Shown piece after piece: positions 36,763 to 48,725 of a DNA stretch of 64,000 bases. Source of the DNA: Octopus bimaculoides (lineage: Eukaryota); contig NC_068981.1 in assembly GCF_001194135.2 (NCBI RefSeq), forward strand, positions 153,130,738 to 153,194,737, written 5' to 3'. The first letter of the stretch is position 1, and the number at the start of each line of letters is the position of its first letter. The notes under the pieces are model-generated. The model was given only the letters and a program-made list of their open reading frames with translations. It did no database searches and was not told the origin of the DNA. The translations under genes and the position numbers were made by a program.

Positions 36763-37410
36763 GAAGCCAACTTCAAGGAATGTGATATTGATACTGAGAA
36801 CTGTGAGAGAAATGCTCAAGATCGAGATCGGTGGTGATCCATCATCGTAGGGGGAGTAACAACTTTTGAGACCAATAAGAATGCCGAACAAAAAAAAAAA
36901 AAAAAAAAAAAAAAAAGAAGAGGAGGCACAGAAAAGATATATCAAGAAGGAATCTTCCAGCCAGAACCTCCAGTCCCACTTGTGGAAGGAGCTTCTGAGC
37001 AAGAACTGGGCTCATCATTTAGGATCCATCAATAACACTGTGTAACAAAATTTTTATTTATTGTCTTTGCTCAGTTAGTGTTATTTCTTGTTTATTCTAT
37101 CTAGAAATCAACGGAAATGACTACTATTCCTTCCAAGCTTTGCTTTTGTGACCTGGACATCAATGTTTTGAAACTGACCTATTTTCCATTACATTTAAGA
37201 CAGATTCAGCGTTGTGTTGCTGAAGCAGAAATATCGTTATAGAAAATATTCTGCTCAATATCACAGATTTGCTTGTCAGTTGCTTCAGCTTAACCACTTG
37301 AGCATGTCCCTTGGTGGTTGATAATATGTGCATCTCTTATAAACAATAATAGTGGGGTAGCATCATAGCCATGTGTTGAGAGAGATTCTTTGGGGTTTGA
37401 ATAAATATAA
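36763..37410 (+). mobile_element. RTE LINE 3' end (ORF2 C-terminus and part of 3' UTR)
   Basis: EANFKECDIDTENCERNAQDRDRW*SIIVGGVTTFE, the RTE WE..A.DR..WR motif, followed by a UTR shared with 26575-27095. Confidence 0.75.
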
Positions 37411-37964
37411 CGAAAGCAAAGTTTGGAGGACATATTAGCCATTTTTCATACTTTCTAAAGGGTTAGCAAATAGGAGATAACATTTGCTACCCAAGGACAA
37501 AAATCGTGTTACACAGTGTAATATATAAAAAGGCCATCATCCTCGACTTGAAGGGATATACACCACGACGATGTTATACAATAGTATAGTACAGTGTAAT
37601 ATAGTATAGCATTGTACTGTATAGTATTCCATAATATATATATAGCATATTTAATAATAGAAAAGTATGAATTCCAGAGCATATAAGGTTGCGTTGCTAA
37701 AATTCCATTTATGTCAAGATGACTTGACAATTCTGTCGGATGTCTCCGATGAATTAGAAATTAGTGCATATCTATGTTAAAAATATTTCACAAATTTTGC
37801 CATTTCAAACTACACATGCTGATAAATAACTAGCTTTTTAAAGAGTTCTATAAAAGGCTGTTTTGTATACACAGGAATATATTTCTGACGTTCAAGCATG
37901 CATGTGTTTGTGTATGTGTGAGCGTGTGCATGTACATGTATGTACATCTATATGTGTGTATGTG

Positions 37965-38011
<47 letters not shown>

Positions 38012-38194
38012 GCTGCATATATGTGTATGTAGGAAAGGCTTTTTGTGTGCGTGCATTTGTGAGTACTTAGACAAATGCACGCAACCTTCAAGCTTGTCCG
38101 CCACGCAAACTTTATATAAATATTACTCTACAAACATTTTGCTGCAATACTAAGAAGAACAACAAATGCACCAGAACAACTACTACCACAACTA

Positions 38195-38200
38195 CAAATC

Positions 38201-38240
<40 letters not shown>

Positions 38241-38293
38241 TGATGATGATGATGATGATGATAATAATAATAATAACAATGATAATAATAAAT

Positions 38294-38324
<31 letters not shown>

Positions 38325-39000
38325 AAGAAGAAGAAGAAGAAGAAGAAGAAAAAGAAGAAGTTCATTATTAGACCCAAGGGCAACATAAATCATAAATGCA
38401 TTAATATTAGGTTACAGTAACGACTATGACAACAACTGCACAACCAAAACGGCAACAACAATTTCTAAGAAAAGGATGAGACGATGATTGTTGTTGGCAT
38501 CATCCTCCTCCTCATCATCATCGTCGTCATCGTCGTCGTCATCGTAATCATCGTCATCATCATCATCATCATCATCTTCATCCTTGTCTTTATCAACATC
38601 ATCATTATCATCATTTTTATCATCATCATCATCATCGTCGTCGTCGTTATCATCATAATAATCGGCATCGCCATTTCTCACATAGACACGGAGACTCAAA
38701 TATGAAGAAAAATGGAGAGAGACAGACATGGTTTCCGTGTTTCTTTCTCTCCCGTTCCCCATTCCCCCCTCTCTTTCTCTCTCCTCTTTCTCCCCCCCCT
38801 CTCTCTCTGCAAGAATATTTATTAGCGCAGCCGACAGAACCCGACGTTGTCGTCATCACCATCATCATCATCATCATCACCATCATTAAGAACAACAACA
38901 ATAACAAAAATAACCACATCGGAGATACAAAATAAAAAAAATATAAAAAAGCAAACAAACAAAAAAAGCAACATCTACAACAACTACAACAACAACAACA
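38195..39000. repeat. Compound (AAT)/(GAT)/(AAG)/(CAT)/(AAC) microsatellites
   Basis: Direct reading. Confidence 0.9.
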
Positions 39001-39479
39001 AAAACCCACAGCAACCATCAAAACAAATATGTTAGAGCCGTGTTGGTGGCGTGTAGAAGTAAAGGCAAAGTGAAAGTGAAAGTGAAATATTAAAGAATGA
39101 TAGAATGATAGAATGATAGAGTGATAGTTGTTTGCCTGCACACATAGCTTTGGTCTCGTTTCATTCTACACGCATACCTACTCAAGCCTATCATGTGAAG
39201 CACACAAACTAACAATAGCCGTTCATTAGCGGAGAGAAATCGAGGCGTTTTCCACCATTCATTTATATCCTAGAAGCACAAGTCTTTCGGTGTTTCTAAT
39301 GATATCTGTACAAGTTTTGGGAAGGTTGTTGGAATCAAAAATGTGTACAGCTTCAGGCAAAACAGGTTCAGTGATTGGATCTGGAGTGAGTGAGCGAGTG
39401 AGTGAGTGAGTGAGTGAGTGAGTGAGTGAGTGAAAGATATAGGAAGTAGAGAAGGGCTGGCTGGTTTGGCTGGTTGGAT

Positions 39480-40230
39480 TACTGGAGGGTTGGCTGGTGG
39501 GATGGTTGGTGATGACAAAAATGCCATCATATTCATTAGTAAGTAGTGGGGTGGTGATGGTAATGTTGGTGGTGGTGATGGTGGTGGTGGTGATGATGGT
39601 GGTGGTGGTGGTGGTNNNNNNNNNNNNNNNNNNNNNNNNNNNNNNNNNNNNNNNNNNNNNNNNNNNNNNNNNNNNNNNNNNNNNNNNNNNNNNNNNNNNN
39701 NNNNNNNNNNNNNNNNNNNNNNNNNNNNNNNNNNNNNNNNNNNNNNNNNNNNNNNNNNNNNNNNNNNNNNNNNNNNNNNNNNNNNNNNNNNNNNNNNNNN
39801 NNNNNNNNNNNNNNNNNNNNNNNNNNNNNNNNNNNNNNNNNNNNNNNNNNNNNNNNNNNNNNNNNNNNNNNNNNNNNNNNNNNNNNNNNNNNNNNNNNNN
39901 NNNNNNNNNNNNNGGGGTAGACTAGAATAATAATGGTTTAGTGGTGATGATGGTGGTGGTGGTGGTGGTGGTGGTGGTGGTGGTAGAAATGGTGGTGGTA
40001 ACTGTGATGGTTGTGGTGTTGGTGGTAGTGTTAGTAGTAGCTTGTTTGTGACGACCATGGTGGTGTAGGTATGGTGGTACTGGTAGCAATGATGGTGGTG
40101 ATAACAGTAATGGCGATGATGATGTTGATGATGCTGATGGTGGTGGTATTGATGCCTATTTATGGTGATGGTGGTGATGGCGGTTGAGGTTGGAGTGGTG
40201 GTAATGATAATGATTATGAATGTGGCGGTT
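39480..40230. repeat. Degenerate (GGT/GAT)n tract spanning a gap
   Basis: Direct reading. Confidence 0.9.
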
Positions 40231-40249
40231 GCAAATGCTTTGTTATTTA

Positions 40250-40412
40250 GCCCTAGGTCAGTCCAGATCAAGCAGAACTACGATAAAAGACATTCCAGCC
40301 ACGGTCTTTTCCTCTTTTCAATATTACCCAAGACTTCGTAATCGTAAGTATCAATTCCTTTGTCAGATAGCGAGGTTTGATTTAAGAAATGCTTTGGTTA
40401 TTATTCCCAGCA
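40250..40412 (-). repeat. Dispersed repeat family D
   Basis: Shares motifs with 3005, 45770 and 49825. Confidence 0.55.
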
Positions 40413-40416
40413 GGCT

Positions 40417-40515
40417 AAGGCGGCGAGCTGGCAGAATTGTTAGCACTGTGAACAAAATGCTTAGGGGCATTTCGTCCGTCTTTACGTTCTGAGTTCAAAT
40501 TCCACTGAGATTGAC
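40417..40515 (+). mobile_element. SINE family A head, interrupted
   Basis: A- and B-box region, ending at a family B insertion. Confidence 0.85.
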
Positions 40516-40718
40516 TTACTCTTTTACTTGTATTCAGTCATTTGACTGCGGCCATGCTGGAGCACCGCCTTTAGTCGAGCAGATCGACCCCAGGACTTAT
40601 TCTTTGGAAGCCAAGTACTTATTCTATCTGTCTCTTTTTGCCGAACCGCTAAGTTACGGGGGACGTAAACACACCCGCATCGGTTGTCAAGCGATGTTGG
40701 GAGGGACAAACACAGACA
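40516..40718 (-). mobile_element. SINE family B 3' body running into a gap
   Basis: Highly similar to 2210-2410. Confidence 0.85.
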
Positions 40719-41460
40719 NNNNNNNNNNNNNNNNNNNNNNNNNNNNNNNNNNNNNNNNNNNNNNNNNNNNNNNNNNNNNNNNNNNNNNNNNNNNNNNNNN
40801 NNNNNNNNNNNNNNNNNNNNNNNNNNNNNNNNNNNNNNNNNNNNNNNNNNNNNNNNNNNNNNNNNNNNNNNNNNNNNNNNNNNNNNNNNNNNNNNNNNNN
40901 NNNNNNNNNNNNNNNNNNNNNNNNNNNNNNNNNNNNNNNNNNNNNNNNNNNNNNNNNNNNNNNNNNNNNNNNNNNNNNNNNNNNNNNNNNNNNNNNNNNN
41001 NNNNNNNNNNNNNNNNNNNNNNNNNNNNNNNNNNNNNNNNNNNNNNNNNNNNNNNNNNNNNNNNNNNNNNNNNNNNNNNNNNNNNNNNNNNNNNNNNNNN
41101 NNNNNNNNNNNNNNNNNNNNNNNNNNNNNNNNNNNNNNNNNNNNNNNNNNNNNNNNNNNNNNNNNNNNNNNNNNNNNNNNNNNNNNNNNNNNNNNNNNNN
41201 NNNNNNNNNNNNNNNNNNNNNNNNNNNNNNNNNNNNNNNNNNNNNNNNNNNNNNNNNNNNNNNNNNNNNNNNNNNNNNNNNNNNNNNNNNNNNNNNNNNN
41301 NNNNNNNNNNNNNNNNNNNNNNNNNNNNNNNNNNNNNNNNNNNNNNNNNNNNNNNNNNNNNNNNNNNNNNNNNNNNNNNNNNNNNNNNNNNNNNNNNNNN
41401 NNNNNNNNNNNNNNNNNNNNNNNNNNNNNNNNNNNNNNNNNNNNNNNNNNNNNNNNNNNN

Positions 41461-41925
41461 TGTGTGTAGCCCCTTGTGGGCAATAAAGAAATAAGAAACG
41501 TTAGCACGCCGGGTGAAATGCTTAGCGGTATTTCGTCTGTCTTTATGTTTTGAGTTCAAATTCCGCCGTGGTCGACTTTGCCTTTCATCCTTCCGGGATC
41601 GATTAATTTAAGTACCAGTAGCGTACTGGGGTCGATGTAATCGACTGGCCCCTTCCCCCAAGATTTCAGGCCTGGTGCCTATATTAGAAAAGATCATTTA
41701 GTTTACTTAAAACGAGCTGGCAGAATCGTTATTACGCTGGATAAAATGCTTAGCGACATTTTTTCCGGTTTTACAGTCTGAGATCAAATTCTGCTGAGGT
41801 CGACTTTGCCTTTCATCCTTTCGGGTCCGATAAATTAAGTACCAGTTGCGTACTGGGGTCGATCTAATCGACTTGCCCCTTCCCCCAAAATTTCGGACCT
41901 TTTGCCTAGGGCAGAAAACAATATT
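41461..41925 (+). mobile_element. Type iii tail followed by a family A dimer
   Basis: tagccccttgtgggcaataaagaaataag, then copies 41498-41695 and 41710-41925. Confidence 0.85.
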
Positions 41926-42277
41926 CTTACAATAGTCGCTATGATAGTGTTGAGAGCGACCCATTTTGTAGTGCTGATTATAGTATGGGTAGTTGCAGTA
42001 GTGTTAGTAGAATCATTTGTTCTTATTATTGTAGCAGTTACTATGGTGGTGGTGGTGTGGTGACTCTTGCTGTGATGTTGGTTGTAGTAGAGGCGGTTGT
42101 GGTAGTATTAGTCTTTGTTTTGCGTGTAGTTGTGATTATTATAGTAGTTACTGTAGTAGTATTACTGGTAGCTCTTGTGGTACTAGTTGTTGTGGTAGCA
42201 GTTATAGTGGTATTGGATGTGGCTCTTGTGGTGCTAATTGTTCTAGTGGTGCTTGTTGTGACATAGTGATGCCAGCG

Positions 42278-42650
42278 TTGACTCTTGTTGTAATGGGAAT
42301 TGCTATGATGTCAGTGTCGGGTTTTGTTGTGATGAGGATTGCTGTGCTGTTGGTGACGACTTTTGTTGTGGTGGGGATTTTTTTGATGTCGATGTTGACT
42401 CGTGTTGTGGTGGAGATCGCTGTGACGTCGACGGCGAGTCTTGTTGTGGTGGGGATTGCTGTCCTGTTGGCGGTGGTTTTCGTTGTGGTGCGAATTGCTA
42501 TGATGTCAGTGGTGAGTCTTGTGGTTATGGAGTTGCTATAATGCTGGTGGCGAGTCTTATTGTGATGGGGATTGCTATGATGTTAGTGGTGACTCTTTCT
42601 GTGCGAGGATTGCTGTGATGTCGGCGGGGACTCATGCTGTGGTGTTGTAC
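42278..42650. repeat. Degenerate 39-bp minisatellite, about 9-10 units
   Basis: Unit approximately gactcttgttgtgatggggattgctatgatgtcagtggt. Confidence 0.8.
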
Positions 42651-42727
42651 TAATTGTCTTCATGTTGTTGTTGTTGTTGTTGGTTTTGTGACACTGATTG
42701 TTGTTGTGATGTCGGTTGTTGTTAATA

Positions 42728-42943
42728 TATTGGTTTCAAATTTTGGCACCATGCCAGCAATTTTAGGATAGGGACAAGTCGATTATATCGATCCCAATGT
42801 TCAACTGGTGCTTTTTTATCGACTCCGAAAGCACGAAAGACAAAGTCGACCTTGGCAGAATTTGAACTCAGAACGTAAGGATGGGTGAAATGCCGCTAAG
42901 CATTTTTTCCAGCGTGCTAACGAGACTGCCAGCTCGCTGCCTT
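42728..42943 (-). mobile_element. SINE family A (tail type ii)
   Basis: Full reverse-complement copy. Confidence 0.9.
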
Positions 42944-43670
42944 AGTGTTGGTTGTAGTATGGTCTGTGTTGTCGTTGGTTGCTGTTCTGGTAGTTGTAGT
43001 GTAATTATCGCTGATAATTATAATAGTGGTGGTGGTCGTGGTGGTTCTGGTGGTTCTGGTGGTGCTGTGTGGTGGTGGTTGTGGTGACTGTAGTGGTGGT
43101 GGTTGTGGTGTTGGTTGCGGTGGAGATGGTAGTGGTGGTGGTGATGGTGGTTAGTAATAGTAGTAGTGGTGGCGGTGGCGGCGGTGGCGGCGATGGCGGC
43201 GGCAGCAGTGGTGATGATGGAGGTATTGTTTTTGTTGTTGGTGGTGGTGGTGGTTGTGGTTGTGGTGGTTGTGGTGGTTGGTAATAGTTGTTGTGGTTGT
43301 GGTGGTGATGTGGGCTGGCCGACCGTGCAGCTGGTCCAAGACCGAAGCCACAAAATCTACAATGAAAGGCATATTGTGCTCCCGAGTCAAAGTCGACGTC
43401 CACGATTGATGTGGCGTAGAATGTGACGTGATGGTGTTGCGGCAGCGTTTATAGTGTGCTAATGGTTGTAGTGGTGTTTGCATTGGTAATTGTGGTGGTG
43501 ATGTTTTGCAGCATTTGTTCTGACATTTCACGGCCTGAGTTCAGATCTTACCGATGTCCTTTGAGGATCAATAATATGAAGTATCAATCTCATACCGGAA
43601 TTGATTTAATCGATTAACCTCATCGTTACACATCGGACCTTCAGCCGATGTTAAAAACAATTGTCTATAA

Positions 43671-43833
43671 GGCGCAGGCGTGGCTGTGCGGTAAGAAACT
43701 TGTTTGCTAATCTCAAGGTTTTGAGTTCAGTCCCACTGTGTGGCACCTTGATCAACTGTCTTCTACTATAACCTCGGGCAGATCAAAGTCTTGTGAGTGG
43801 ATTTGGTAGACGGAAACTGAAAGAAACTCGTCG

Positions 43834-43918
<85 letters not shown>

Positions 43919-44155
43919 ATACTCATACATACATATGTGTGTGTGTGTTTTTTGTTCCCCACCACCGCTTGACAACCGGTGTTGGTGTATTTACGTCCCT
44001 GTACATTGGCTCGGCAAAAGATATTGATAAAATAAGTACCAGGCTTAAAAGAAAAATAAGTACCCGGGTTGATTCATTCGACTAATATTTCTTGAAGGCA
44101 CCAGCATGGCCGCAGTCTAATGACTGAAACCAATAAAAGACAAAAAGGTAAAAGA
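43671..44155 (+). mobile_element. Full-length SINE family B with internal (TA)/(TG)/(ATCT) tract
   Basis: tRNA-like head ggcgcaggcgtggctgtgcggtaag...gagttcagtccc, gtggcaccttga segment, microsatellite 43833-43950 and 3' body. Confidence 0.85.
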
Positions 44156-44167
44156 CATTGTAGCGGT

Positions 44168-44386
44168 AAGGCGGTGAGCTAGCAGATTCGTTAGCACTCC
44201 GGTCAAAATGTTTAGCAGCGTTTCGTCCGACTTTACGTTCCGAGTTCAAATTCTACCGAGGTCGACTTTGCCTTTCTTCCCTTTCGGAGTCGATAAAATG
44301 AGTACCAGTTGAGTACTCGAGTCGATGTAATCGACGTACTCCTTTACCTCGAAATTGCTGGCCTCATGCCTAAATTTGAAACCAAT
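44168..44386 (+). mobile_element. SINE family A (tail type ii)
   Basis: Full copy. Confidence 0.9.
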
Positions 44387-44397
44387 AGTGTAATGAT

Positions 44398-44769
44398 TAT
44401 TAGTTCCGCCTTAGCGAAGGCAGAGGTATTGTTTTCAGTCGTCTTTCTTTGTTTGTTTGTCCGTGGACGGGATATCTCAAGAACCGCCCGATGGATTCGG
44501 ATGAAACTTTCAGGGATGTTTGGCCTTATGAGTGGCACGAACTGATTAGATTTTGGGATCGATCCGGTACTGGACAAGGATTCTGGTTTATTTATCCTGT
44601 TTTTTTACTTGATTTTTGAGAGCGGTCAGGTTCATTTTTAGTATTCTCGTTTGTGAGAGAAATCAAGTTTATTTCAGATATTCTCATTTTAAAAATCATC
44701 TCTGGCTAATCGTTGAGAGGATGTTGGTGTTACCTTGGCTGAGGTCTGCGCCCTCTCAGTGCTCTTGTT
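44398..44769 (+). mobile_element. HINE / DINE-1-like non-autonomous Helentron
   Basis: 5' tccgccttagcgaaggcaga hairpin/subTIR, gtttgtttgtccgt tract, core gatatctcaagaacc...ggatgaaacttt, 3' ccttggctgagg and the hairpin gcgc-cctctca-gtgc near the terminal tt. Confidence 0.75.
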
Positions 44770-44870
44770 TGAATTAGTTTTGAAAAATCTTGCCTCTCGC
44801 AATATAAAATCATTTCTCATGGCTCCAGTAAACAAAATGGAAAAGGCGCTGCCTCGGGGGATGGTGAGAG

Positions 44871-45490
44871 AGGACGAGCTGGCAGAATCGTTAGCACGCC
44901 GGGCGAAATGCTTAGCGGTATTTCGTCTGCCGCTATGTTCTGAGTTCAAATTCCGCCGAGGTCGACTTTGCCTTTCATCCTTTCGGGGTCGATAAATTAA
45001 GTACCAGTTACACACTGGGGTCGATGTAATCGGCTTAATCCCTTTGTCTGTCCTTGTTTGTCCCCTCTATGTTTAGCCCCTTGTGGGCAATAAAGAAATA
45101 GGTATTTCGTCTGCAGCTATGTTGTGAGTTCAAATTCCGCCGAGGTCGACTTTGCTTTTCATCCTTTCGGGGTCGATTAAATAAGTACCAGTTACGCACT
45201 GGGGTCGATATAATCGACTTAATCCGTTTGTCTGTCCTTGTTTGTCCCCCCTGCGTGTAGCCCCTTGTGGGCAGTAAAGAAATAAGAATCGTTAGCACGC
45301 CGGGCAAATTGCTTAGTGGCATTTCGTCCGTCTTTACGTTCTGAGTTCAAATACCACCGGGGTTGACTTTGCCTGTTATCTTTTCGGGATCGATAAAATA
45401 CGTACCGGTTAAATACTGGGGTCGATGTAATTGATTTATCCCACCTTACTCGAATTTACTGGCCTTGTACCAAAATCTGAAGCCAATATT
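44871..45490 (+). mobile_element. Tandem trimer of SINE family A (tails iii, iii, ii)
   Basis: Units 44871-45101, 45102-45286 and 45287-45490. Confidence 0.9.
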
Positions 45491-45499
45491 GTGGTGACG

Positions 45500-46505
45500 T
45501 AATAGTCGTTCTTGTTGCTCTTGTTGTTGGTGGTGGTGGTTGTGGTGATAAAAGACTTGGTTTTGATTCTGTTGTTGGTGGTGCTGGTAGGGGTCTTCGT
45601 GGGGCGGCGGGTTAAGCGGTGATGAAAATTGTTCTTGCTATTGCCATTATCGTGGTCGTTGTCGTTATGTTGTTGTTGTTGTTGTTGCCGTTGCCATTGT
45701 CAATGTTGTTGTTGTTGTTGTTGTTGGCAACGGTAGTGAAATTATTTGGCTCTATGTCGGCCCTGATAGGATAGACTTATGATCAAAGGCGATCCAACCG
45801 TGACCGACCGCATTATACAATATGCCATTTTTTTTTTTTTTTGTATAAGACGACAGAGATTGATCTGAGGAAGATTTAGCTATTTCCTTCCCGTCAAACA
45901 AACGCGAAAAGGCTCTGCAACTGGGAGTGGTTTACGGTGGTGATGGTGGCTGTTGTGGTGTCAGTAGGGGTGGTTGCAGCCTTAGTAGTGGTAGTGGTGG
46001 TGACGGCAGTTGCAGTGGCAGTGGCAGTAGAGGGAAAGGTGTTGTTTATGATGGTGGTGATGATGACAGAAGTAGTGGTAGTGCTGGTAGTGGTAAAGTG
46101 CTTACTTTGATGTTCTTGTTGTTGATGATAGTGATGGTGATTGCGGAGATGGTGGTGATAGTAGGGGAAGTGGCTATGGTTGTTGTTGTTGGTAGTGGTG
46201 GTGGTGGCGGCAGTGGTAGTGGGAAAGGTGGTTTATGTTGACGGAGGTGATGACAGATATAGTGGTGGTAGTAGTGGGAAAGTTGCTGTGGTTGTGGTTG
46301 TAGTAGTAGTAGTAGTAGTAGTAGTAGTTGTTGTTGTTGTTGTTGTCATTGTTGTAGTTGTTAGTGGTGGTTGTTGTGGCTGACAGAGGTGGTTGTGGTG
46401 GTAGCGCAGAAGTTGTTGTTTCTGATGCTGGTGGTGGTGGTGGTAGTGGGGAAAGTTGCTGTGGTTGTGGTTGTAGCAGCAGCAGTAGTAGTAGAAGTAG
46501 TAGTA

Positions 46506-46540
<35 letters not shown>

Positions 46541-47030
46541 TGTTGTTGTTGTTGTTGTTGCTGTTAGTGGTGGTGGTTGTGGCTGACAGAGGTGGTAGCG
46601 CAAAAGTTGTTGTTGCTGGTGGTGGTGGTGGTGGTTGTGGTGGTTGTGGTGGTAGTGGTGGCGGTAAAATTATTTTGTTGATCTTGTTGTTGCTGTTGTT
46701 GTTGTTTTTGGTGGTGATGGTGATGGTGGTGGTGCTGTTAGAGAGGATGGTTTTTGTTGTGGTTGGTGATATTGGTGGCGTAGATATTGTTATTATTGAG
46801 TTGTAGATGCTGCTGTTGTCTTTGTTGTTGGGTTGATGTTATTGTTATTATTGTCGTTCGTATTGGTGGTGTGAGGGTGGACATCGGCGGCGGCGGTGGC
46901 GGTGGTGACGTTGTTGGAGATTCTGATGATGTAGGTGTTGTTGTTGTTGTTGTTATTGTTGTTGTTGTTGGTTTTTTTTTGTTGATGATGGTGATGTTGG
47001 TGAGGTTGGTGGTGTTTGAGAAAAGGTAGA
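45500..47030. repeat. G/T-rich compound trinucleotide tract with higher-order repeats
   Basis: Direct reading. Confidence 0.9.
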
Positions 47031-47201
47031 GGAGCTATCAGATAGAAACTGTGTGGAGGGAATCGGGTGGGGCCAAAATTATAAGGAAAGTCTAAGTCTG
47101 TCATTAAGAAAGGCAAACAGAGTTCAGTCTAGAATATTCTAAAACTACTGGCAAACATAACAAACGAGGGAGTTACAAAAAATATATATATATATAAAAT
47201 G

Positions 47202-47259
<58 letters not shown>

Positions 47260-47419
47260 TAATAAAGAAAAAAAGAGAAAAATTAGGTTTTAAAAAAAGA
47301 CACGTCAAAATTGGAAAAAGAATATATTTGAGAGAAAAAAATTTTAACGAAGAGATATTTTTAAAAAATACTCGACAAAAGGGAGAAATAATCAAAAATT
47401 CTTTCTGTAGGAAAAAATA

Positions 47420-48320
47420 TAAATGAATGGATAAATAAAAATTAAAGGGAAAAGTGCTTTCATATATGCTAAAATGGTATGATGGCATTGATGTAGAATA
47501 TATTCATTAAGCAAGAACGAAATGTAGAAAAACAGATAGAAGAAAATATAGCGAGAAAGTGAGAGACGAGTCTGGAGTAGAGGTGGGAGAGGAGGTTGAG
47601 AGGGAGGGGGAGGAAATGGTGAGGGGAAAGAGATGGGTGGTAAAAGGAGGAGAGAGACGTGAGAATGACATGGAAGAGTGAAAGTGAAAGTGAAAGTACT
47701 GAAGAAAAAAGACTTGAGTGGGCGAGAAAGTGTAGACGAAGAAAGAGAGTAGAATAGATTGAGATGAGAAAATGTGAGAGAGAAAGTATGTGAAAGTGTG
47801 TGTAAGAGAGAGAGGGAAGGAGGCGGGGAGGGAGAGAGAGAGAGAGAGAGAGAAATGATATGTGCGTGTGATACTGAAATAGAGAGAGAAAAGAAGGGAA
47901 GGGGAACAAATAGAGAGAAGTGATAAGAAATAAGTGAAAAGAATTTCAGGAAAGAGATAGAAAGGAAATTAACAGAATGTAGAAATGAATAGGAAGAGAA
48001 AAAAAAAACTTTAAAAAGGTGGAAAAGATTGCTAGAAATAGAGGGGATGAGAAGAAATGATAGGAAGAAATAAGTTAGAGTAGGAGGTAAGTAATGTTAG
48101 AAAAGAGAGAAGAGAGAGCAGGAAAAATACGAACTGAAATATATATATANNNNNNNNNNATACACATATATATAGTGAGAGAGAGATGGGGGAAAGGAAA
48201 GAACAAAATATAATAGAAAGAAAAATGAAGGAAGGGAAAGACTCGTAGAAAGAGAGAGAGAGAGAGAGAGCGAAGGAGAGAAAGAGAAAAAGAAAGTATT
48301 TTATGATACAAAGATCAAAC
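47420..48320. repeat. Purine-rich (GA) degenerate low-complexity tract
   Basis: Direct reading. Confidence 0.85.
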
Positions 48321-48687
48321 CTTGTTCTGGTCACATAATAAATCAAGGGACACAAATTGAAATACGAACCAGACGACATTTTCAAAATGATTAGATCCGG
48401 ACATATCTTTTCCTTGTGTAGAACGAAGCGTCAATTAAGTGATTTTGATTATAGAGAACAGCTTAACTCCGTTATGGCAAGCAACTGTCATTAAAACTGT
48501 CGCTCTATTGATCTTCATTCGGGAACCTCCTTTCTGTAATGATACCAATTGCTTAACACTCCAACTTGTAATTTTAGTATCTGTTAGTCTTTATTTGAAG
48601 ACCTTCGAACTGGAATATACATTAGTTACTGACGTAGGGTGGAAGAAATCGCTGAGAGTTAAGGTTGAGTTGTTGCTGTCTGTCATG

Positions 48688-48725
<38 letters not shown>

